A program made the translations under genes and the position numbers. This document shows positions 39,024 through 49,675 of a DNA stretch of 64,000 nt, piece after piece. The number at the start of each line of letters is the position of its first letter. The first letter of the stretch is position 1. The stretch comes from Podarcis muralis. Lineage: Eukaryota. The notes under the pieces are model-generated. The model saw nothing but the letters and a program-made list of their open reading frames with translations, made no database searches and was not told where the DNA came from. The stretch lies in the NCBI RefSeq assembly GCF_964188315.1, contig NC_135655.1, positions 80,166,001 through 80,230,000 on the forward strand, in the 5' to 3' direction.

Positions 39024-41250
39024 GAGCGTGGGAAGCATTCAGTGTTTTTATGGACTCTTATCTCCTCTCCTTAATCAAGACTAAAATATGGAGGCTTCTC
39101 CACCCCCTCCTTCCCACTGCCCTCTGCTCTTTCCGGACCCCTTGGAAGGGACTTTGCCTGCAGAACTCCATCTGGCACACCATGGTATTGGGACCTGAGC
39201 TCTGCCTGTGTGCTGTCGCTGCTGCTTGATGGAGAAGCACTGAATGACTTGGAGGGTGGGAGGGGTTGGTTGTCTGAGCCACCGTGACCAGGGGGCCACT
39301 TCAATCCATGGATTCTTGGACCCAAAGAGAATGGTGCTTTCCACAGAGGTCTCTCGCCTCTTTCCTTTCCGTGGCTTTTTTAGGAGCACTGGGGAAGCAG
39401 CCCATCCAGCTCATCTCCTGCGAGAAAAACTGGTGCTTCAGCACAGTATGAGATGTCTGACCCTATTCTCCCCGGAACTCGTGTCCACGGTCCACGTTGC
39501 ATTGTTTTCTTAGGCATCGAGGCATCCATTCCTCCTTAAATCTGATCCTTTTCCCCAAGCAGCTTCAGTCTCGCCCTCCAGCACCGTTGTACACAGCTTA
39601 GAAAACAGTATTTCCCTGCTAGGGTGGAAGGCAGGCTGGCTGCTTCTTCGGGTGACCCCTCTTCTCCCTTCCTCCTTTAGTTGCGGGAAAATGTCACCTC
39701 CTTTCTACCTGGCTTCTTCTAGAGGGGCCTGCGTTGGTCAACCGGCTCACAACATTGAATCTCCCTTAAAAAATAGATCTGGCTACTGCAGGTCCGCTTT
39801 CCACTGATTTGCTAACCATTTTTCCTTGCTTTGTTTCATGCAATAGCTGCTCCAGTTGTAACTTCTGATGTAAACCTTTGTTTCTGGGGCCAGCCCCTCC
39901 CAGATTGCCGCCTTCCTTGTTGTAGAGGAAGTGTTGTGAACGGAGACCATAGAATGGAAAGGGGCAAAGTCAAGCTGGGGCTACCTGGAAGTTACCGAAT
40001 GCAGCACACCCTAAGCATTTTTAAAATTCTATGTGATGTACTTGTTGAACGTGTTGATTTAAGGTCCAGAGCTTTCCTTGGCCCCTGCCTCCTTTTAAAA
40101 GGAGTTCCTTTTTGGAGTGGTTCACTCATGAGTTTGCTTCAGATAGCACCATACCTCACTGATCTCTGGCATGCCAGTCTAGGGAGACGATTAGAGACAG
40201 TGGGAGGTGTCTCTTCACACCACCATATTTAGCTGTGTTATGTAATCGTAAGTAGGGTTTCTGGAGCCACTCTAGTCACCAGGCAGCCCTTTGAGACCAG
40301 TTGCAGCAAAAACCTGCGTGTTTGGAGCATTATGGGACAAAAGCACCTGCAGAGTTCTTGACTAAGCTCTCATCTTTGAGTTGCAACCCTTCGGGTGTTC
40401 ATTTTCAGCTTTCATTGCTCCATCCTAGCCTGAGCACCCAGTTACTTAAAATCAAGGTAACACGTTACACCCTGGAATATGCAGTCTCCAGCAACTGGAT
40501 CTCGGTAGTGAGGCCAAGCATCTGTTGTGTTCACGAACACTTAATGTGATTGTTCAGCTGCATGGTGAAGCCTCCCTTGTAGAAGGACCCTGTTTTGTCT
40601 CGCAGAACAATGTTGTGGGCGGAGGGGGTGGTGTCTGGCAAAGGATGTTCTTGTGTGATGTGGCACCTCCTTTTGTACTGTTGATCACAGAGGTGCTCAG
40701 CTCTAAATGTGGTTTTTTTTAAAAAAAATAAAACGGGGAAAGTTGTGTAAGCAATGGAGTGACAACTTAAACTGTAAAATATATTAAAAATTGATGATTG
40801 GAAAAGTTGCTTTTTACATAATGGACATTTTTAGTTTGTTTTGAAATAATGGAAGTAAGAAAAGAAAGAAATGAAACAACAGAAACATAGCCTTGGTTCC
40901 TCTCAACTCACCCACCCCTGTTCTTCGTGATTTGATTTGTTTGTCTTTTTCTGATAGGTTGGAAATTGTGTAATAAACTTGATGATATTGTCAATCTTTT
41001 ATACTGCATTGTATGGCTTCTTTTCATTTTGTAACTATTTTGAATGCTGGGTGAGCTGTTTTCTAGAATCTCCACTAAATATGAGCGGGAGCAGGGGGGA
41101 GACCTTGATATGGAAAAGAAGATGGATAGATAAGACAAGTGCCATATTTTGGGTAGTAGCCCTTGTACAACCATGGTTTTATGTACTGCTAAACTAGTTC
41201 CAAACCCACTTTATGTACACATATTAAAATGATTTTTTAAAAGCTTCTAT
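39024..41250 (+). other. CPSF7: CPSF7 non-coding terminal exon (3' UTR) after a 3'-UTR intron
   Basis: Donor GAA|gtgaga at 36706/36707, 5 nt after the stop. Acceptor ttttgtctctttctag| at 39023/39024. AATAAA at 40972-40977; ATTAAA at 41223-41228 preceded by TGTA motifs. End coordinate approximate. Confidence 0.65.
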
Positions 41251-41722
41251 CTCTCAGTCATCTCCATTTAAAGGGGAGTGTCTGGTAGCAAGCCAAGGAA
41301 AGATTTGAGACCCTTGAGAATTTCTGCCAGTGTGAAATCAGTACACTGAATGAAGATTTGATGCTCAGCATCATTTTAAGGAGCTCCTTTAAAAAATATT
41401 TGCTCTGGAAAACATGAACAGAAATCACAGGTTTCATAAAAAGGGATAAGCATTATGCTGAACAGAGATGGGGAAATGAAGCCATGATGGAAACTGATGA
41501 AACTCAAACACTTTGAAAGGGGATTGTGCCTTTCACGTGAAATTGAATATTATCAGGCAAGGATGCAAGGAAATATAATAGCATATAAGGGCTTTCTGTC
41601 TATGGCAGGAAAAGGTTCAGTTACAAGAATATTGTCCTGATTGCTAGTGGTATTCAGTGAAATGTTTCTGGGGATCATAGGCTTGCACAGATGGTTTGTG
41701 TTTCACCTTCCTGAAGGTTTGT

Positions 41723-41850
41723 CATAAAAGGGCATTTGCCTGTGACTGGCGGATGAGGTGGTAGTACTTTCAGAATGCAGCTTGAGTGGTGAACAGTCTG
41801 TGGGAGGGGCTTAATGCTGAGTGGGTGGGTTTACCTGGTTGCTAGGTGAT
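41723..41850 (+). promoter_or_regulatory. Candidate promoter of the fascin-like gene: CATAAAAG TATA-like box and X-box-like GTTGCTAGGTGAT
   Basis: CATAAAAG at 41723-41730; GTTGCTAGGTGAT at 41838-41850; no CpG island. Confidence 0.4.
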
Positions 41851-41943
41851 GATTGTGATCTAAGGGACCAGGATTAATCTCAAGTGAGCCCAGATAACTG
41901 GTCTGATGAATGGGTACCATTCAAGTCTCTTGTCATTCTCACC

Positions 41944-44900
41944 ATGACATACTCACTAGAATTTGGCCTTGTTAATGCGGCCAACCGGTACCTGACTGCT
42001 GAACCTTTCCGTTTCCAGGTGGCAGCCACAGGCAAGCAACTGAAGCCTCGCCAGTTGTGGGTACTGCAGTTTGTGAGCCCACAGGGAGCTGGGGCAGCTG
42101 GCCCAGGAGAAGGGGCTGGCCAAAAGCTTCACCTGATCAGTGCACTGAAACGCTACTTGGCGGCTGACGCAAATGGAAAAGTCACCTGTGACCAGGACAA
42201 ACCAGGGCCTCAGACCTTCTTTCTCTTGCATCAGTATCCAGATGGCAAGGTGCTATCTCTCACCCAGGCACAAGCATCCTATCTCTCAAGTGTAGCTTAT
42301 GTTTGATATTATCGGGCTGGAATTCTGGACAAAGGGTTGGGTGGGTGGGTGAGACGGAGGGCAGAAGGTAGGAAAACAATGTTTAAAGTTGCCTCAATAG
42401 GGCCTCAAAACTATTCCGCTATTGACCAAATGTGGACCTCTTGTTTTGCTTACAAATGTTTTTTACAATTAAGAGGCAGAAATGAGGGCAGGATTGAGCT
42501 CGATTTGCAGACTAGTTTGCTGTGGTGAGAAGCAGGGTTTTTCTAGATTCTTACAGGTAAGTTCAGGCAGCAGATTCCTGCACTCCAGTGCTGTAAAGTG
42601 CATCAGGAAGAGTGCAAAATGTCCCTGGACTCTTCCCCCCCGCCAATGGTCTCCTTGGGAAGCTCTTTGCCCCGTGGCCAAACAGTATGATAGCCACTAT
42701 GGGCTGAAGGGGAGAGAATGTGTCTGAATAGCTTATTTGAGTCCCTGTGCTAAGAGTTGCCTGGTGTATCCTTCAAGGTGCCCTAGCCACTTCCTATCCA
42801 CAACTGGAAACAGCTGTTGCACAATGGAATTTAGGTGATCATGGCAACTCCATAAGCCCAAAGGTGTAACGTAATTGGTGTAATGATACCTGAATTTTAT
42901 TCTGCCATGTTCTTTGCTCATTGACAGTATTCTTGCTTTTCTTGTCTTGGGCAATGTAGCTGACCAGACATCCTTCCCTCCCTGCAGGTGTCCTTGCAAA
43001 ATGAACAGTCCAAGCGCTACCTGGGTGGAGCAGAGGAGAACGTCACTTGCTTTGCCCAGGCTGCCACCGAAACTGAAAAATGGACCCTCCACCTGGCTGT
43101 GCACCCCAATGTTGCCATGTACAACCCCAACAGGAAGCGTTATGTGCGGTGTGACGATAAAACGGGGGTGCTGCGCTGTGACCGTGACATGCCCTGGGGG
43201 GCTGAATCAGTCATCACTATCTACTATGATTTCAGAGGTGGGTGGTGGCATTTTCCTATTTTGTTTTCAATTGATATGTCAATTTTTCTCTCTAATACTG
43301 TAACACACATCTCCCCCCCCCCCTTTGTTGGGGGAGCGTGTTAAAGAAGCAAAACAAGCTTTCATTCTGCTGTAGGGTTACACACACACACACACACTTA
43401 CAGTAATTCGTATTGCAGATGAGGACTTATAGCTACCATACTAACAAGAAAGTTGCTGCTTCTGAACTAAGGATTGTTTAAAGTTTTCTGTTATCCTCTC
43501 CAACTATGGAGCAGACAACCTGGGGTAAGTCTGAACACCTGGAAAGACTTAAGAAATTTGAGAGTTGGAGAAAGTCTGTACCGGTCACAGGCTTTCTCCT
43601 CCCACAGTGAGAAAGTTGCTACTTTATTCTACAGATGTTTGTCTGCTTGTGATTTTACCTGTACCTGAGGATTTCTAAGTGCTACAGGTGGGTGGGGTGG
43701 CCTGGGAAGGCAGTAAGTGCTTCTAAGTGGAAGGTCTTAATTCAAAAAGTTTGAGTGACACTGCCTTATTTACACATCTCTATCCAAAAGCCACCCAAGC
43801 ACCTTCTAAGATAGTCCTCTGTTATTGATGTGTGAAAAAGTTCAGTTTGAGTCATTTGCATCTCCTCCAATAGGTCTGGAGTCCAATGGTGAGAGAAGGC
43901 AATTTTCCCCATACATACCAGGTGAATTCAAATTCTGTTTACCCAAGAAGTCACTGTGGCTGGCAGGAATTTTGATTTCCTTAACATCATTAATTAGCTT
44001 GGGTAATTCTTAGAACTACTAATTGCCCTATGCAAGACTTTCTGGTAAGTTAGACACCAGTGCAAACTTTCCAAATAAGGCAAGAAAGGGAATTGTCTGT
44101 GCAGAGAAGTTTCCAAGTGCAAATCCTCTTTCCTGACCGTATTGATGTTGGAGGTTCCCCACTCTCACACACACACTTTTAAGTGAAATTGCACACTAGG
44201 CTAAAGAATCTAGTACAACCAGTTTTTAAAACACGCATGTAGTGTGGATAAAGGTGTGTATTAGTGCAGATGGGAACATGACTTCAATCCCGATCTCAGC
44301 CTGCATGTGCCCATGGCACATCTCACTATACCTGGGTAGGGCCTCATGGCCTCTAGCTTTATCAAGCACACATGTAAACCCCCAAAGTAACTATGCAAGA
44401 AAAATAGGGTGTAATCTACGAGGAAACAAATGCAGTATCAGCACCACCAATGCTGTACAAAGCTGAGGCCCAATGAACCTCAACTTGCCTATCAGAACAA
44501 AGCACAGGGGGCTGTTTACACACATGTACAAATGATATATGAGATTCTGGGTAAGGGAAATACAATGGGAAATGTTAAGGGCGAACAGGACTAGTGTGCT
44601 CTAAAGGGTTAGTGTTTGGAACTGCAGGCAGGGTGGGCCTGTGTGGCAATTCTGCAGTGAAACAAGCATCAGCCCTGATGCTGCTTTGTAAGACAATTGA
44701 TTTGGAGATTCTTTTCCAGGACTGAACACCAAGCTGCTGTCAACCTCTCATCTCTCTCGCCTTTGTCTCCAGCAAAGAAGTATGGATTGAGGAATGGGGC
44801 TGGCAAACTGTTGGCTTCCAACGGCTCACTGGTACCAGATGTTACCCCACAAACTTTGTACTCCCTGGAGGTGCATGGCGGCTTGGTCGCTCTGCGGGAT

Positions 44901-47900
44901 GAGGAGGGAAAGTACTTGACTGGGCGAGAGGGTAGCATGAGAACCGTAAAGATGGACAAACCTGGACGGGAGGAACTCTTCAGCATGGAATCCAGCCCTG
45001 CCCAGGTCTCTATGCGCTCTTCTTCTACTAACAAGTTCATTTGCTGCAGGCCAGGTAAGTCAGGAGAAAACAGCACTATCTATATTGCATTGCACTTTGT
45101 GAAGCCTCTGCAGCTGATTGGCTTTTCCGGTCTGATGAGATGGAATGTTTGTGACCATTCCACCTGCTCAGGAAATGAGGCACAGTGGTAGTCCACATTC
45201 TGCGAGCAATGGGGCAGTTGTCAGTTTGGTTGGGTAAAACTGAGATAAGACTGACTTGGGAGGCAGGGTGAAGGCTGGGAGGAGTTCTTAGAAGGCAGGT
45301 AAGCTTAGATGCTGGGACCTCAGAGGCAAGATGGCTGAAGAGAGGGTGCAGAAGTAAGAAGCAGAAAAAGGGCACATACAATTGAAGTAGCAAGGATCGA
45401 GTAAGATTACGGTCCCTGAAAAAAACCACAGCATTTCTTATTAAAAGTGGTGTGACAGAAGTGCTAGGGAGGCTAACCAGAATACAAGATGGCCAATCGA
45501 AATGGGGCTAAGTAGGTTGTGAGCTGAAAAAGCAAAAACCTGAGGAAATGAATGGTGTAGCTATAGAACTAGGGCAAGAAGACTGGAAGAAAACCACACA
45601 AAGTGCTTTGACTAGAGAAACCCAGGATGGAATTCAATGTCACTTTAAGGCGATTGTTCTGCTTCCCAGATGAAGTGATTTCACCTTTCCCACATACACT
45701 GTTCGGGGGTTGTCTTGAACCTGCAGTGCAGATTTGGGGGGCCATGGGAGAAGCCATGTAGCCAGAGATCTTCCATCGGGCTCCCCTGGTGAGACAGGTT
45801 ACTTGAATCCACACACTGCACTCCTTTGGAAGAAACAAAGTACAGCAAGCCAGCAACTTACGGCACATTTAACTTGTGCACAATTAATCCAGATCTGAAA
45901 GAGGATTTGAATTTAGGCTTGCACGTGATGTTTTGTCTTCCTCCAAAGATAAAGATAGGAAGGTCCAAATGATCCTAGGTCAGTTGACACACAAACAATG
46001 CCCCCATTCTCTGCACAATGTTTTCCTCTTTCCATCCATGAAGCACTGATTTCAGCCTGCAAGGAGTGGGCAATGGCATATGTAGGAATGCTGACCTCGG
46101 GTGTTTCTTCCTTGCCCCCTGCAGGTGCTGATCTCTATGCCAATGCTATGGCTGTTGGCAACACCGAGATCTTCCAGGTGCTGTTTGATGACACCACAAA
46201 GAAGGTCTGCTTCCGTAGCCACAGCGGCGCGTATATGTCCTTGGTGAGTGTGCCTGCCACGCATTACGAGGAACAGCAGTGATCAGGCAGGACCAGCTAT
46301 TTCAAATTGTTTCCTAACTATGGAGAAGGACTGCAGTTCGTAGGTGGTAGAGCACCTGCTTTGCATGCAGAAAGCCCCAAGCTTTTTTCAGCCACAGCCA
46401 CTCATTCCAGTCTTGTCCCCAACCTCCTTCTGACTATATTCTACAATGGGCAACACTGAGACTAAGGAGGGAGGAAGCTGACAGGCAGCCCCACCCCACG
46501 ACTGGTTGTAAGTGAGAATGGGGGGACTGATCAAGGGCAGAGTGAGGATGGTGGGGCAGGGCCCCTTTTGCCCAAGTGGATCAGCTTCCACTGGATACAT
46601 CTGTGCCCAGATTGTGGTGCACTAACTTAATCTGGAATTCTTTTAAATGTGAGCAAGGAGGTGGGTGAGTACTGATAAAAGGAGGCTTGTTAAATAGCAG
46701 AAGATAGCTCTTGGTCCTGGACTTGTTTGTTAATGTTAGTAAGGGCTGTCTCAGTCCTTTTCCAAAATATTTTTGTCAACTTTAGTGCGGGTGGGGGGAG
46801 TTACTCTATTCTACAAAGCAAATTATACACAATCCTCCTTGTGGAAAAGTGAAAATTTGTTTTTTGTACACTGAGGATGGAGAACCTGTGGCTCTCGAGT
46901 TGTTGTACTCAAATGCCTATTGTCCTTGATCATTGGCTGGCAGTTATTACTCCAACATATTGAGGGCCTCAGGTTTCTCATCCCTGCCACAGATGAAATA
47001 TGTAAGTGTGCAGTAGGAATGCACATCTTCCTGAACAACCTCTTAAGAAAAAGCTAACTGATTAAGCCCGGAGCGCTGGAGACATCTTTTTCAGGTCTGC
47101 TATTCACTTACCTAGGAGTAAAACTTGTTGAACTAAATGAAACTTATAAGTAGAGTTGAAGGTGGTCTTCTGGCTGTATTGTTCATGGTGTGCACTTACA
47201 CTATCTGCTATGAACCCTAGTCAGAAATTTTGCAGATTTTTGTTGTGCTTCAAAACCTATACTGCACATCTAACATACCATTTAGAAATCTTATAGTTTG
47301 GCTTCAGTCTGGGCTATGGTTCACATAGTGCAACTTGAAGTGTGAAGTCAACAATAAAGTGGCTTTGAATAAAGCCAAGGTCCACCACCATCCCTAGCTT
47401 GCTGATGTTAGAAACCTTCCCCTTTTGGAGGTAACTACTGCTGGACTAACCTCCCTGGTATTGAGAAGCTCATGCATTGCTGTACTCTTGTGTTGCGTCA
47501 CCTACCACAATGGAATTCTCAGTCTTGATGCAGCACCAAATACCTTCCACTGAAAATATATCAACATGGATCTCAGAACGTAGCTGATAAAGGGACTGCT
47601 ACAGAAGGTTTCTATCAGTCAAAGTAACCCAAAAACACAAAAAGCACTTTCCAACGAATGCATCCTGTCTTTTGCAGGGTCCTAATGACTGTATTAACAG
47701 CAACACCAAACAGGACAGGAATGTCTGGTTCGACATCCAGTACCAAGACCAAAAGGTGTGTCTCCGCATAGCAGACAAGCAAGTGTCCATGCGGCCCAAT
47801 GGACAGCTCCTGGCAATTCCCAAAGCTGCAGGTACAAGTTGGTAGAGAGCTTCTCTTACAAGCACCAGGGCATCAGTGTGGACAGGTGAACACGGCTAGG

Positions 47901-49643
47901 GTGGGAAGAGACTGCACACTGCCAGCTGCAAATTAGCTTTAGGTAGTTCTAGGGGAAAGGAATGGAAGCGACAGCCTTGCACTAGATAGCTCTCTAGAGG
48001 AATAATGTGGGGAAAGTCTTTGCACAGAAACCAAGCTGTCCCTGGATATAAAATTGGAACATGGGGAGCCAACCTTAAGCCCATCCTATGAAATGGCTTT
48101 TTAGACACCTCAAGGGCTTCATGTTGGAAACCAACAACCAAAACTTTCATAATCTTGCTCTTGCAAGATGGAATGAGTTCTGTTTACACTCCCTTACGCT
48201 TTGGAGTAGCTAACATCACTACAAATACAGCCTAGATGAAAGAGAAAAAAACATCCTAAGACTCACAAAACACTGCCCCTCTGTGCATATAATCCTGGCC
48301 CCCAGAACTGCATACCAAGTAGGTTGACATTGCTTCTGTAATATGATCTGGGAAGCAGTCAGAGAATGAGTTCCAGTTTGGGGGGAACCACCACCAGAAA
48401 TAGCTGTGCAGTTGTTGTCCATAGTGGTTACTTGAATGAACTTGGGGCAAATGCCACTGACAGTAGAAATCGGGATAAAACCCAAGGGAAGAACAGTATT
48501 TCTGTTACAACACTCAGCCTGGCTTCTCAGTGTGGGGTGATTTTTCCTGATCTTTAGCACTGAAGTTGACTTTCCCTGGGGAGCTGATTCCCTCTTGAGA
48601 GCAAAAGGAAGGGTGGCAAAATAGTTCTCTTTGAAAGCCAGGTGCGGCCAATGCTAAAGGTTTCCCTTGTACCTTCAGGGAAGAGTGAAGATTTCCTGCT
48701 GGTGCTGGTGAACCGGCCACTGCTTGTCCTGCACAGTGATGCCGGCTACGTGGGTCTGTGTTCTGACATGAGGAAGTTGGAAGGGAACTGCGTCAGCTAT
48801 GTTGCCAGCAGCCTGTCGCTCACCGAGGAAGGCTACTACAACTTCCAAGTTGGTTAGTATGTTTCCAGGTGGGACTAAGTATATTCCAAGGGGTTGGGGT
48901 CTCCTAGTATCTGTGTTGCGAGAGAAACATGACCTACTCATAAATGGGAGCTGCCATCAAAGGGTTTTTATAAAAACAAGCCTAGTTTATATGTAGCCAT
49001 AAGAGGGAGCCAAAACTTGCTTTCCCAAACCAAAACAATGCAAAAGAGCGCATCGTCACTATTCCCCACCCCCCTTTGCTATTTGTTTTGCTCCATGACC
49101 CCTGGACAATAGTTTCCTAGGCCCAATTAAGGATAAACTACTGTTCAGGTTGGATGGCCATCTGTCATGGTTGATTTAGCTGTGATTCCTGTGTTGCAGG
49201 GGGTTGGACTAGATGACCCTTGGGTCCCTTCCAACTCTATTATTCTAGGTGTCAGTCATGTTTTCACTTTATACATGGTTTCTTTCTAAACCATACCTAG
49301 TATTGCCATGACAAGCACATCCTAATTACCTGTGATTCTTTTACCTCGTAAAAGTCGGAGAGATCCAAGAGCTGGTCTTGCCACACCTCTACCTTCCCTG
49401 ACCCTCACCCTTCCTTCCACTAATTCTGCCACTTGACCTGCAGGCAGCAAGTACTGGGCTCTGGATAACGATGGACAAATCTTGGTAAACAGTGACCGTC
49501 CCAGCAATTTCACCATCCAGTTTGCATCCTCCAGCTGCCTGATCATCAAAGCACCCAACAACAAGTTTTTTGTGGCTGAGCAAGGAGGCCGACTATGGGC
49601 AGGGGCTTCAGACGCATCTGGAGCAACACTGTTCCATTTCTGA
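41944..49643 (+). CDS. Fascin-family actin-bundling protein (divergent paralogue, four beta-trefoils), 494 aa, 7 exons
   Basis: Exons 41944-42249, 42988-43237, 44773-45054, 46125-46243, 47678-47831, 48679-48852, 49444-49643. 1485 nt, all GT-AG, phases 0/1/1/0/1/1, no internal stop. Collinear with recalled FSCN1 (FGLVN..RYLTAEPFRF, RYLAAD.NGKVTC, RYLGGAEENVTCFAQ, WTLHLAVHP, DRDMPWG, LVNRPLLVL, SKYW, LFHF*). Start context accATG. Confidence 0.95.
49139..49228 (+). mobile_element. CR1 LINE 3' tail
   Basis: gttgcagggggttggactagatgacccttgggtcccttccaactcta; a similar tail lies at about 8600-8660. Confidence 0.85.
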
Positions 49644-49669
49644 GAGCATCTGACCCTGCTCTTCCCACC

Positions 49670-49675
49670 AATAAA
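49670..49675 (+). terminator. Polyadenylation signal of the fascin-like gene
   Basis: AATAAA 27 nt after the stop, followed by a T/GT-rich downstream element. Confidence 0.75.

Noticed and set aside
39831-40549. ORFs of 133 and 82 aa downstream of CPSF7
   Set aside because: They lie in the CPSF7 3' UTR with no homology cues or flanking splice signals.
41884-41943. N-terminal extension of the fascin ORF shown in the ORF track
   Set aside because: It starts at GTG; the first in-frame ATG (41944, accATG) aligns with the start of the fascin fold.
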